Below, one piece after another: positions 27,367 through 40,139 of a stretch of DNA of 64,000 nucleotides. The stretch lies in the NCBI GenBank assembly GCA_951406725.2, contig OX597814.1, forward strand, positions 6,510,001 through 6,574,000. The letters are read 5' to 3'. Within the stretch, counting starts at the first letter, position 1. Every line of letters starts with the position of its first letter. The DNA is from Octopus vulgaris (Eukaryota). The translations under genes and the position numbers were made by a program. The notes beneath the pieces were generated by a model. That model saw only the letters and a program-made list of their open reading frames with translations. It made no database searches and was not told where the DNA came from.

Positions 27367-27750
27367 GGCGCAGGAGTGGCTGTGTGGTAAGTAGTTTGCT
27401 TACCAACCACATAGTTCTGGGTTCAATCCCACTGCATGGCACCTTGGGCAAGTGTCTTCTACTATAGCCTCAGGCCAACCAAAGCCTTGTGAGTAGATTT
27501 GGTAGACGGAAACTGAAAGAAGCCCGTCGTGTGTGTATAGATATATATATATAACCTTAACCCCACCCTCACTTGATAGCCGATGTTGGTGTGTTTACCT
27601 CCCTGTAACTTAGTGGCTTGGCAAAAGAGACTGATAGAATAAGTACTAGGCTTACAAAGAATAAGTCCTGGGGTTGATTTGTTCGACTAAAGGTGGTGCT
27701 CCAGCATGGCCGCAGTCAAATGACTGAAACAAATAAAAGAATGAGAGAAT
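27367..27750 (+). mobile_element. tRNA SINE family A
   Basis: ggcgcaggagtggctgtgtggtaag head through the gactgaaacaaataaaaga tail. Confidence 0.87.
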
Positions 27751-28371
27751 GTTGTTTTTGTTTTCCACTATATTCCTGCTGAAGCAATTATTCTCTGGTA
27801 AATATCATTGTGGACTAGAATGGTCTCCAGCCAGTTTTAGACATACTAACCAATAACAGACCATCTCTGCAATCACTCAGCATGCTAGTAAGAGCAGCTG
27901 ATATCTCCTTCAGATCATTCCCTCCCGTTTGAAAAAGAAAGGATGCAACGGACAATGAAGGGTTCCTTAAATGATATCATTGCTAAATATAAATCTGTGA
28001 CCACAGGATTAAACAATGAAAGTAACAGGGTTTCATATCGGTGAATATTTACTGTGTCTCGTTTAGCTCGTCACCTTAGATGCAGGTGTAATTAATTATT
28101 TCTCTTTAAACTCTCTACAGCAGAGCCATCTTTTGGTAGCTTTATAAACCCCCCCCCCCCCAAGCAAATCAGTTCACTGAGCCCTCTAGTGTTTATTTAT
28201 TGACAGCAACCCACAATATACAGAGATCAGAATTGAGCCCCTGGAAGTGTCCCCTAGGCAATTGTACAGCGTACCCAAACTCGTTCATTTAAAGAAATGA
28301 TGCTGATAAAACAACAGTTCCCTAAAATTCATTTGTTGCTTCTTACATTGTCTTTAATGTTTTGTGTTTAT

Positions 28372-28397
28372 CATTATTATTATTATTGTTGTTGTTA

Positions 28398-28429
<32 letters not shown>

Positions 28430-28468
28430 GTTGTTATCATTATTATTATTATTATTATTATTATTGTT
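28372..28468. repeat. (TAT/TGT)n microsatellite
   Basis: Directly visible. It produces the poly-Y, poly-L and poly-N pseudo-ORFs. Confidence 0.95.
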
Positions 28469-28820
28469 ATGTCTATTAGGTTCAAATGTTGATGGAGAAT
28501 TCAAGGAATCTGGTAATTTTTTTTTAAACCTCAATCGCTACTAACTGCATTAACCTCTTAACTCTAATCGCTTCTTTGATAGAGGCCAGTGGAGGATCAT
28601 TACTGATATCAAACATAAAAAGTATTTTCCAGGATTTAGTCTTTATGAGAGAAAGGGAGCAGGAGACAGGGGTAGATTCTATCAAGTTTATTAGCTGTAA
28701 ACCTTAACACAATCGCATCTAATAGGCAGAACTTCTTCCACCCTCACTGTAAGAGTTGGGTAGACAGGTGAATATATATATATATATATATGTTTGTGTG
28801 TGTGTGTATATATATATGTT

Positions 28821-28875
<55 letters not shown>

Positions 28876-29013
28876 CGGAGATGTACTCGCATAGCAAGTA
28901 ATTTGATCTGAGATCGTGTGCTGAAACGAAAACAATTGCAGCGTGGAAGGTGTTTATAAGCCATTTAAGAAACACACAAAAGCCGTTCGATTCACTCCAA
29001 CATTTAAGTTTAA

Positions 29014-29063
29014 TTTGTCAAAATATTTTCGTCGCTAAAATCCGCGACCTGTTCACTGACAAA
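29014..29063 (-). ncRNA. Minimal type-I hammerhead-like motif with swapped G3-C8 core
   Basis: Minus strand reads uuuguca GUGAACA g gucgc ggauuuua gcgac GAAAAUAUUU ugacaaa: 7-bp stem I, 5-bp stem II, palindromic mini stem III. Confidence 0.65.
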
Positions 29064-29082
29064 GTCCGTGCTGCATCTAAGC

Positions 29083-29142
<60 letters not shown>

Positions 29143-29226
29143 GAATTTACAGAAAAACAAAAGATGAAGACTGGTGTGTAAACAACAAACAGATGTATTA
29201 GTTTAACACTTGGGAAGTGAGAAAGT

Positions 29227-29262
29227 CTTTTACGTTTCGAGCCTATGCTCTTCGACAGAAAG
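29227..29262 (-). ncRNA. Minimal hammerhead-like motif, A6U core variant
   Basis: Minus strand reads cuuu CUGUCGA a gagc auag gcuc GAAACGUA aaag. Confidence 0.5.
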
Positions 29263-29510
29263 GAACACAGAAAGAAACAGGGAGAGAAACTAGAAAAAGG
29301 TTTAGTGGCTAGCGATCTATCATGGCGAATGATAGATCCTTATAATATACATACATATACAGACAGGCACATGCACATATGTGCACACACACATGCATGC
29401 ACACACACACTCTCGGTAATGTAAAAGGGAACAACGCTTTTTCATTAACCAACACCGGTTGTTCAAGTTACACACGTTTGTAGACTAACACTTTCATATA
29501 TTAAAGTATT

Positions 29511-29558
<48 letters not shown>

Positions 29559-29879
29559 TCTCCATCGCAAGAGAGACATTCTTTTGTTAAACTCAACTCC
29601 TGAATCCTTTTTGAAAAAAATTCACTGATATACTTTCGTCCCCTTTTCTTCGTAGCCACTCTTATCTTGTCCATGCCACCAAATTACTGTCCCTCAAGAT
29701 TGACCTTCATCAGGCCAAGCGGGTAGAGGTTGTAGGGTAGCAGATCTAGACTGATCGAGGGAATGGAGTGCCTTTGGTCTGATTCGTTGCCAGAGATGTG
29801 TTTGGTTGCACAATCTCAAGGGGAAACAGGATTGTTTTTTCTTTCTATCGTTTCTCTAAGTTTTTTTTTATTGTCTTAG

Positions 29880-30695
29880 TGCACAGCTATGTTCCAGAAA
29901 ATCAAGGAAAATGATGCCCTTGTCATCCCCCAAAACAGGTGACTGTGTCCTTCTATGATGAGTGTTGGCTCTTCAACTTCTCAAGCCTTAGACAAGGTTT
30001 GTGATGCTACTCCACTAGCTGAACCTTTGTTTCTGCATCATAAAGATATGACCATGTGTCAACCTTTGTCACCTGATCAGACAAAAAATTGCCTTTATCA
30101 GTTTCATTTGCTTCCAACAGATTAGATTCCACTTGGGCTCTTCTCCCCTTCAAATCAGGTATCAACTACCAAAGTACCCACATTGAACACACTTTCTAAT
30201 ATCCAAAGACTTCCACCATCTTCTGTAAAGTCTGTAACCAGAATCAAGTTGTGCTGCAAGCTTACCAATTGTGATTCGTCTGTGCAAATCAGTTTATCCA
30301 CATGATGGCACTTCACATGATGGCACATGATGGCACTTCACATCAGGGATCACAGATGATTGTCTCCCTCTGTATGGTTTGCCTTCAGAACTGGTTTTCT
30401 CTTCTTTAAACCTCTTCATCCATACCTGCACATTGCTCCAGTCAATAGCATCATCTCCATAAACAACCTGTATCCTTCTGCGAATGTCTCACTGTTTGTA
30501 CCCCTCAAAAACTCAATGATGGCATGTCACTTCTGCTTGGAGTTCATTATTTACCTGCAATGGTAAAGAACAAGAAAAAGGGTGACTATCAAGGAAGAAT
30601 TACTCTACTAAAATGTGAAATTTGAACAACTTGTGTCCATTAATAAAAAGATGTGCTCAATTTTGCATTACTTTTGGGACAACAACTCTTGTACA
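29880..30695 (-). mobile_element. Highly decayed mariner transposase remnant
   Basis: Frameshifted MNSKQK*HAIIEFL...RRLQVVYGDDAIDWSNVQVWMKRFKE...GR and ...DDKGIIFLDFLEH. TIR-like ttacttttgggacaac at about 30668-30683. Confidence 0.55.
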
Positions 30696-31002
30696 CATAT
30701 ACATAACTACACTGGGCAAGTGTCTTCTGCTATAGCCCTAAGCCAAACAAAACCTTGTGAGTGAATTTGGTAAACAGAAACAGAAAGAAGCCCCTCCTGC
30801 AAAAGTTAGAAGCTATGAGCAGTGTCGTTGCTGTCGTTCCTTTCAGCTAATTGCTTGCTTCACACCATTGAAGGCTTGTGAAAGGAGGGATCCTTACTTG
30901 AGACCATGTCCTGCTGTAAAATAATACCTCAGTAATATATTCAGGAAATCCATGTAAGCATGAAAGGTAAGACGGACATAAAACCAATGAACAAATGGAT
31001 AC

Positions 31003-31419
31003 TCTTTTTTTACTCTTTTTACTTGTTTCAGTCATTTGACTGCGGCCATGCTGGAGCACCGCCTTTAGTCGAGCAAATCGACCCCGGGACTTATTCTTTG
31101 TAAGCCCAGTACTTATTCTATCGGTCTCTTTTGCCGAACCGCTAAGTGACAGGGACATAAACACACCAGCATCGGTTGTCAAGCAATGCTAGGGGGACAA
31201 ACACAGACACACAAACATATTCACACACACTTATATATATATATATACATATATACGACAGGCTTCTTTCATTTTCCGTCTACCAAATCCATTCACAAGG
31301 CATTGGTCGGCCCGGGGCTATAGTAGAAGACACTTGCCCAAGATGCCACACAGTGGGACTGAACCCGGAACCATGTGGTTGGTTAGCAAGCTACTTACCA
31401 AACAGCCACTCCTGCGCCT
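31003..31419 (-). mobile_element. tRNA SINE family A, full length, reverse orientation
   Basis: Reverse complement of 15808-16230. Confidence 0.88.
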
Positions 31420-33025
31420 GAATATATTTATATATGAATATGTGTCTGTGTGCATTGTACATACCTGGTTTTTAGTAAAATATTGCAGAACACATTCGTT
31501 GCTATCAAAATATGAAATAACCAAAAATTAACCAGATTTTGAAATTTAATTTAAATTTAAAAATTAGCAGGGTGTTTTATTACTTTTTATATTTATTTAC
31601 ATTTTCTTATATTTATTTAGTTATGTATTTGGAGCTTTTGTTGATTCTAAACAAAGCTTTTTGCATAAAACTAAATGACATATTCACTGCAGCTTTAGAC
31701 AATAGTTGCTGTCTTCATTTGAAACCCTCATCTCTACGTTTGCGATTCTCAGATTTTCTTCTGTCATTGACACTCCACTCCTTAGCTGCATGAATTTCCC
31801 CATTTAATGCGTAGCTGCAGTGAGGTGTAGGAGGAAAATTATTATTAAGGTTTTGCACAAAAATAAACTTTCATAAGGGAAAAATAAAAAAACATACATC
31901 ACGAATATAAATAACAAAAGAAAATAAAACATATTTATTAAAGAAATCTATAAAATATATAACAATAAAAAAAACAAAATCACAAAATATAAAATAAAAC
32001 AACTTTAAATGAATCTGTTTTTTTTTTATCTTTTCACAAGATCAAAAGCAAAAACCATTTCCATTATCAGTGGGAATTCTATAGATTTATTGAGTCAACC
32101 AGTTTATAAATTGGAAGAACTGTTGAGGACAAAGCTACTGGCGCCATTGGCTTGCACATGATTCCTTGTTATCTCTGTGGTTATTAAAGAAACTGGCATC
32201 ATGTAGAGACGTGATGAGACAGGGAATAAACATTTTGAAAACTCGCTTGATAACCTGTTGGTGGGAATCTGTGACTTTCTTCCCGAACTGAAGTCTATGG
32301 AATTATTCCATTTGCAGGTATTCGATTCAACTCCCAGGAGGTAAATGTAGCCACTAAGTTCTTGAGAATCACTGATCTGAGTGAGGTTACCATGCAGCTC
32401 GCAAGATGTGAACCTCGAGAGAGAGGCTGCTTTATGCTAGGAGATGAGGAGCAAAAATTTGAGAGATAGGGCCAGAGCAGAACAGAGGGGCCACATTGCT
32501 ACTGAGATTTTAGAAGGAAGAGTGAGTGATCAGGGTGGAGTAGAGAGGAGATAAGGCATCTGTGTGGATCTTCAAAGTACAAAATGGGTAGAAGTGAACA
32601 GGGTGGGGTGAGGGAAAGAACAAAGAGTTTGGTACAAGTATAGGGGAGAGTAAGAGATGGGGAGTGGGTGAGGCAGTGAATATAATGAACAAGTATTGAG
32701 TGGATGATTAAAAGGGGACATCGGGAAGAGTAGGTGACAACTAGAGATTGAGTAGGGTTGAGTGGAGGATGGTACTGGACAAACAGTTGAGGGTGATCAA
32801 TGATGATGGGGTGTGGAGGGTGGTAGAATAGTAATGAGGATACAGTAGACACAGGAAGGGTAAGAGAGAGATGAGTGGTCAGGTAGGTTGCAAGAATAGG
32901 GTGGAGGAAGAGAGAAGAAAGTGAAGTGTATGGGAGACTGAGGAATGTATGGTAAGGGAGAAGGGGAGACGATGTGGGTGAGGAGGACACAGTGCTAAGA
33001 ATGATGGATATATGTGTATGTATGA

Positions 33026-33059
<34 letters not shown>

Positions 33060-33940
33060 AACCAAGGAAAAAACCAAATCCTTCAAAGGGATGGAAACAT
33101 CCAATTTTCACTGGTAAAATAAAACAGCATAATTACCATATACAAATATTAAGGGAAATAGAGAAATACATTTGATATATTAAAGATTTATTTACACTAT
33201 AATATAATATACTATTAAAGGATATATTACAATGTGATATATTATATCTTTTTCTAGTATATTATAGTGTAAATAAATTTTTAATATGTCAATGAAACAG
33301 AAATGGAGATTTATGATTGGCATTTTAATTTATTAACATAATATTATATTACTATTATTATATAGTGTAATGTAAATATTATAATCCTACAATTGTTTCA
33401 ATTCAGACCCAATAATAAATTTATAAAAATTCATGTTTATGGTTAAGAATCTCATCAGGGAAATATTTATTTAGTTATTTATTTGGAGTTTTTTGTTGAT
33501 TCTAAACAAAACTGTTTACATAAAGCTAAGTGACACATTCACTACAGCTTTAAACAATAGTTGCTGTCTTAAATTGAAACCCTCATCTCTGCATTTGTGA
33601 TTATTTGACAAAAATTACACACGTAATCTTTGTCAAATATTTCCCTGAGATTCTTACCCATAAACATGTATTTTTATAAATTTATTATTGGGTCTGAATT
33701 GAAACAATTGTAGGATTATAATATTTATATTATATTATAATAATAATGATATATTATGTTAATAAATTAAAATATGTCACTTGTAAATCTCCATTTTCTT
33801 TCCATTTATGTATATTGAATATGTACCTATTTGAATTGTGAAAAGTTTTTCTCTGCCATATTGGATATTAAACCATCAAACCAGTGAAAAGTTGGATGGT
33901 TCCAACCTTATAGAGGAGCCTGTTTTCTTTGTATTGGACA
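33060..33940. repeat. Nested foldback (Penelope pLTR-like remnant): outer arms ~33092-33116/33880-33903, hairpin 33168-33294, long arms ~33295-33468/33635-33806
   Basis: Reverse complementarity read directly. The loop contains a copy of 31610-31750. Confidence 0.82.
33385..33461 (-). ncRNA. Minimal type-I hammerhead ribozyme motif, canonical core
   Basis: Minus strand reads ucc CUGAUGA gauuc...gaauu GAAAC AAUU GUA gga. Stem III is the palindrome ACAAUUGU and the cleavage triplet is GUA. Confidence 0.7.
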
Positions 33941-34751
33941 TATATATATATAATGAGCACCAAAAGATGTGCAAACTCAGTGGTAAACATGAATCAAATT
34001 CAGAGATCTGCTGATGTCGAAACGAGATATATCTAAGAAACATTGATGCCATCTACCAATATCTGCTGCTGTTGCTTCTGCTGCAGCCAATTTTACTAAA
34101 TCTACTTAACATGGTGCCATGTTAAAAAAGTGCAAAAATAAAAAAAACAATTGTATACATTGCAATTACTGTATAGTTCTTATAATAATATTGATAATGA
34201 TGATGATGATGATATAATTAGCAGCTCAGTGCCTTCACCATACAGCCGTTATGTCAAATGTCTCTCTCTTGTTTATTTAACTTCTTCATCAAATGAGAAT
34301 GCGTATGAAATGATACAACTTACTGCATGTAATGATCTTGTTCGTTCACTAACATATTACTTCTTCTAACCACAGTTCGCTTAATTTCTTCATCACAAAA
34401 ATATTTCTCTAACATTTTCAAATCTTTTCCTATTTGCATTCAATTCTGTCTACAACGAATGCCAACACTTTCATTTCATTTTCTTCTGCAAACTTCTTTT
34501 TTTTTTCACTATTTTCGTCATTTGGCTTGAAACAAATTTCGCTATAATCCACAAAATCATATTTCAAATTTTTGAACGTTTTTCTTCCATAAATTATTCA
34601 ATCTTTTTTTTATTCAGTTCTCATCCACGGAAGCCTAAAAAAGGTGGATATTAACTGCTAACAAGGACACAGTATTTTGTTTTGCAACCATAATACACCA
34701 CCAAGTCTATACCATGTCTTACTTGTGTTTTAGCAGTGCAATGGTCTCAGT

Positions 34752-34890
34752 TTTTAAGTTCATCTCAACAGATTTTCTGTAGAATTCAGAAACAGCATAG
34801 AAAGTGGCAACATATTCGTATATGAAACTCCATAACTTTAAGTGCTGACTCTCTGAATTCTATGGAAAATCTGTTGAAATAAACTTAAAA
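34752..34890. repeat. Small foldback, arms ~45 bp
   Basis: ttttaagttcatctcaacagattttctgtagaattcaga versus tctgaattctatggaaaatctgttgaaataaacttaaaa. Confidence 0.8.
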
Positions 34891-35274
34891 CGAAAAGGTA
34901 TGATGTTGGTTCTGCAGTATTTTCCATCCAAAGTTGATGTTATACAATTTGAATATACATCATAGACTGGTTCGCCAGTCTTCAGTCAAACCGTCCAACC
35001 CATGCCAGCATGGAAAGCGGACATTAAACGATGATGATGATGTGTGGGTAGTTCAGTAAGACACCATCGGCAAATGCCACCAATATGTTGTGTTCCAAAA
35101 ATCCTTTGAAAAATGAAGAAATAGCGATGGGAACAGGTGAAGGATGTCACTGGAAGTTCTTAGCTTGAACTTTGCACTCTACACAATAACCTGTGAGTAA
35201 CTGTGTAATTTGTGTCCTCCTTTCACAACAAAGCAGCCCTTTTTAGGATGACACTGCCCTCCTCCTATGGTGGA

Positions 35275-36490
35275 GGGGTCAAGAAAATGCAACCTAAAAA
35301 TTGCTTGCTTGCATTGTTCCTTGTCATTTGGTGCAAATGAGTGAGCATCCAAAACTGCAGCAGAAGATTAAGCAAATCCAAAACAAAAAAATCCTTTTCA
35401 TTGCATTTTGGAATGTGAGCAAGAAAAACAGAACATAGGACCTCTTTGGTTGCCTGTGTCTCTATTTCAGAAAGTAGATTAGTGGACTGTGGCCAGTCAC
35501 AGGAGTTTGATGGTGGACACACTTTTTCCTGGATGTGTAACCCTCAGGAAGTAAAAGAAGAGGTGGGTGTTGGGTTTGCTATTCAGAACAACTTGGTGAG
35601 ACTTCTTAAATCTCTGCCTGTTGGCATTAATGAAAGACTCATGTCTTGGTGTATCTGCATTGACAAAAATAAATACTTTCAACTACTTTCAACTGCTATG
35701 ATCCAACCCTGAACTGAAATGAAATAGTCAAAGAGCAGTTCTACTCTGAGCTGCATAGTTGAGCCAGTCGAGAGATATGATAAACGTCTGTGATTTCAAT
35801 GCATGTGTAGGTTGTAATACATCTGTATTGGGTGATGTAATAGGGAAGCATGAGGTTTGCTATCACTTTGGGGTGAGTATGGACTTTTGGTTACCACTAC
35901 TATTTTTCAACTCCCCAACCACCTCTAAACTGCCTGGAAGCACCCCCCATCAAACCATTATCACCTCATTGATTACATAACTGTGAGGTCTTTCATGAGA
36001 GAAGTTTTCCAAGTAACAAATTCTTTCTCCATTGGGGAGTGATGGTCTGATCATAGACGGATACAATCAAAGGTGAATTTTACTCTTTGCAGTCCTATTC
36101 ATAGCAATCGCACCTGACCAACTGGAAAAGTGGATGTGACAAAGCTGAGGAAAAAATGACAATTTATACCCACTTCAAACAGACTGTGACAACAAACAGC
36201 CAACATCACAGACAACACAGGTATTGTGAAACACTCAGGCATGTTAAGAAGAAGCATAAAGATCAGGTCGACTCAAATGCACAAGTGCCACGGTCAATGG
36301 ATGTCACATAAAACCAATGGCACAAAGTGCAACAAGTTTGAAAAGGCCAGGAATACCCACCAACCTCAACTGAGGCAAAGGAAACAAACATGGTGGCAAA
36401 AGCAGGCACAAGAGTGGCAGAATTTAAAGGGTGTTTTTGGACCCATATTTGATGGTTCAACTCCTATACTTTTCAATTGAGGGCAATCTT
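35275..36490 (+). mobile_element. Decayed RTE/BovB-like LINE, apurinic endonuclease region
   Basis: GVGFAIQNNLVRLLKSLPVGINERLM; frameshifted CDFNACVG, WKHP..HYHLIDYI and WSDHR motifs. Confidence 0.75.
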
Positions 36491-36811
36491 TTCATACACA
36501 CACACACACTTTCTCTCCCCCCTTCTCTCTCTCTCTCCACAGATTATTGGTTGTCAAATCACTGGTCCACATGACAAAGTTAAAACCCAACAACAAACAC
36601 AATGATTTCAACTTAATAAAAGACGTCGAGAAAGAAATCACAAAACCTCTTTCTCTGTTTTGGTAACTTCCACAATAATTCCACCCCTCCTTTTATTTTT
36701 ATTTTCAAGGACATTTATTTAAAATATGAAATGATCTTATATTTTGCCACAACAAAACAAACTGATTTAACAGTTGATGTTTATTGATAAAATAAAGCAA
36801 GGTTTATTGTT

Positions 36812-37205
36812 ATATTTGGGGAGGGTCATTTTGCCAGCAAACACACGCATTCTTTATTTGATCTTCACTTTAGCTTTATTCTTGTCTGAGTTCTTTTATC
36901 ACACATTCTGTGACTCCTTCAATGACTATCTTTTCTTCTTCTTCATCATCTCTCTGGTCTTATCCTCTTCTCTCTGGTCTTATCCTGCCTGCTTAGTGGA
37001 ATTCCCCAAGATGGAATAGACAGGATAAGACCAGAGAGAAGAGGAGACATGGAGAATAGAAAGTGACTGAAGAAGTGACAGAATGTGTGATTGAAAGAAC
37101 TCTAACAAATAAGCTAAAAATAATAATAATAATAATGTTAAAGAGAAGATCAAATAAATAGTGTGGATGTTTAACTGGCAAAAACTATGACCATCCCCAA
37201 GTATA
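36812..37205. repeat. Foldback (arms ~180 bp) with a degenerate hammerhead-like motif at 37063-37106 (+)
   Basis: tcctcttctctctggtcttatcctg pairs with caggataagaccagagagaagagga; tcacacattctgt pairs with acagaatgtgtga. The right arm reads guga CUGAAGA a gugac agaaugu gugauu GAAAGAACUC uaac. Confidence 0.75.
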
Positions 37206-37436
37206 ATGAAAAATGTTTCAGCACAGGATTTCACATCAAAAGTTGTATTTTATTAATAATATCTATTGATTCACCAACTTACAAAGAAAAATTTCACTCT
37301 TCAAAAATCACCTACGTTTTCCTCATTGTTAGAAAATTTCAAAACCACGTCTATGACTGGTATTATTTGAGAGAAGAATTGTACTTATTTCTTATTCTGC
37401 ATGATCATCTAGCCGTATTTTAACCATTTTAACCAA

Positions 37437-37670
37437 AAGGCGGCGAGCTGGCAGAGACATTAGCACGCAGGGCGAAATGCGTAGCCGTATTTCGTCTGCC
37501 GTTACGTTCTGGGTTCAAATTCTGCCGAGGTCGACTTTGCCTTTCATCCTTTCGGGGTCGATTAAATAAGTACCAGTTACGGACTGGGGTCGATGTAATC
37601 GACTTAATACCTATGTCTGTCCTTGTTGGTCCTCTCTGTGTGTAGCCCCTTGTGGGTAGTAAAGAAATAC
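37437..37670 (+). mobile_element. tRNA SINE family B (Meta-domain-like); other copies at 17533-17730, 20415-20610, 51880-52025, 57880-58087(-), 61130-61275(-)
   Basis: aaggcggcgagctggcaga...gggttcaaattc head, and gcctttcatcctttcggggtcga..aagtaccag resembling the MetaSINE central domain. Confidence 0.8.
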
Positions 37671-38299
37671 GTATTTTAACCATTTTCCTGCATACAGGTA
37701 AAATGATTGACTCTGCCCAAATATGAAACTAAAGTGGGTTTTTTTTTTTGCTGCGTCCATTTCACTAATTTCACTTGCATCTTTTGTTTATTTTGTTCTG
37801 ATAATCTTTTAAAATAATAATTCCAAAGTGCTTTTCATTGAAGGCAGGAATGTTTAGCTTTGAAATGTTTAATTTGCCTGGAATCAAACACCAAAGCACA
37901 ATGTGAGCTGATTTTCAGTTCTAGTTCCAGACAAACCAAAGCCTGAACAGTAGTTCTTGGATTTGTAAATAGGTCAACTATTTATGGTTATTGGAATTGA
38001 TGGCATTTGAGAGAGAGGGTCATTATTGGATTCACGATCATCAAAGCTATCCTTCTTATTTAGAAATTTATCTGATTTTTATATGTGTATCAAATGCTAG
38101 ATGAAAATCATTTGTAACATTCTCTATATCTTATTGTGAATGGATTGTTGAGAGACTGTGGTGATGTTATTTCAACTGCTTCCATCTGATAACAAATTAA
38201 AAAGACTTGGAATTTTCTCTCCACTACGTCACTGTCATACATATTAACTAGAAACTTATTAACATCTCTTCATGCTTTGGTTTTATTTTTATTATTATT

Positions 38300-39355
38300 A
38301 TTCTGTTTGACTTTTGCTTTACATTTGCACAAGTTGGCTCCAAGTCTCACCCAGAGACCTCAAGAGACAACAAGTTAGAAGTTCATGTTGGTGTTATGCC
38401 TAGGGTGCCATATATTTGGTTTTGTACTTAGTGTTGTACTAGTGAATGTTTAAGAAACCAAAAGAAAATTATGTGTTTGTTTTAAAACTTGAGATTACAT
38501 AGAAAGTATTTTGCGTAGGATATGAGCAGTTCCCATGAGCACTATCTTTGGAATTTCTGCCATTTTGGGGTTTCCTGGTATCTGAGCTAGGTAGCAATCA
38601 GCCCCTTTTACTATCATTCCCAGGGCACCTATGACAACAGGTATTGTTTTAGTCTTCAGGTTCCACATTTTGCTGATTTCTATTTCAAGATCTTTATATT
38701 TGCTCAGTTTTTGGTAGGTCTTGACAGATACGTTTATATCGATTGGGACAGTCATATCAATGAGGAGGCATGTTCTTTGTCTGCAGTCTTTCAGAATGAT
38801 GTCTGGCCTATTTGCATCTATCTTTCTGTCAGTTTGAATGGTGAAGTTCCAGTGGGGTGAGATGTGAACATTTTCAAGCACTGGAGGTGGTTTGTGTTCC
38901 CACCAGTTTTTATCATGGGGCAGGTCCAAGTTTTCGCAAATTACCCAGTGAATATATTGTGCAGCTCTATCACGCCTGTTGAGATATTCTGTCGGCACAA
39001 GAAGACTGCACTTGGAGACAACATGATCAATGGTTTCATTTTATTGTTGACATACACGACATGTTGGGCTACTGCCATTCTTTAATATGTTGGCCTGGTA
39101 GTTCCTTGTAGGTAGGCATTGATCTTGAGCTGCTATGATAAACCCTTCTGTTTCAGATTTTAAGCCAGAGGCCATTAGCCAGTGATGGGTCAGGGCTTTG
39201 TCAACATCGGCATTATTCGCTCATTATCATCTTTGCTATAGAGTTTTAAGTCATCCATATAAAATAGACGACTTATTTTCTTGTCACCAATTTTATATCC
39301 CTACCCTGTTCTGTTGAGTTCATTCGGAAGGGGTATTAAGGCTATGCAGAAAATT
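38300..39355 (-). mobile_element. R4/Dong-like non-LTR element, 5'-truncated and internally deleted, in a (TAA)n target
   Basis: SRLFYMDDLKLY (RT) at about 39235-39275 is joined directly to the zinc-knuckle region. ORF 38495-38998 is an intact RLE (RPDIILKD...LIDMTVP...KLSKYKDL). (TTA)n lies on both sides. Confidence 0.9.
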
Positions 39356-40139
39356 ATAATTATTGTTATTATTATATGTTTGACTTTTGCTTTGTATTTA
39401 TACAAGTTGACTCCAAGTCTCACTCAGAGACCTCAAGAGACAACAAGTTAGAAGTTCATGTTGGTATAGATATTATTATTGTTGTTAAGTTTTACTTCTC
39501 AGAAGTTTTGCTCATTACTGCTCTGGTTAATTCTATGAGAGCAGACAGAGATCTATTGCCAAAGATCTCACAGGGTTTGTTTCAATGAATTATAAGACTT
39601 GGTACTTAGATGTTAAGCATCATGCAAGATACTTCACAACCAAGTACTAATCTCAAAATCTTACCTGTCCCAAATAGAGCAGTTTTTTCAGCATGTCCTC
39701 TGCTCATATCAATTCCAATTTCTCCGACATATTTCTCAGACTTGGTTCTTAGTACTCTGAGCCCTGAGTTCCCCTACAACCATTGGCATGACAGTTACTC
39801 TGTTATTATTGGTGCAAGTGTCTTCTACTCTGGCCAAAGCCTTGTGAATGGATTTGTAGACGGAAACTGAAAGAAGCCTGTTGCATATATATATATAGAT
39901 GTGTGTGTGTGTCGGTATTTGTTTCCCACCACTGCTTGACAACCGGTGTTGGTTAGGTTATGTCCCTGTAACCTAGCTGTTCAGCAAAAGAAACCAACAG
40001 AATAAGTACCAGGCTTAAAAAGAAACAAGTTCTGGGGTCAATTGTTCATGGTGCTGCCCTAGCATGGCCTCAGTCTAATGACTGAAACAAGTAAAAGATG
40101 AATTATTATTATTATTAAGACGGTGAGCTGGCAGAATCA

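Noticed and set aside
28297-28544. Poly-Tyr, poly-Asn and poly-Leu ORFs
   Set aside because: Translation of a (TAT)n microsatellite.
32499-33104. 201-aa ORF
   Set aside because: Low-complexity purine/pyrimidine-biased sequence containing a (TA)n tract; no domain signal.
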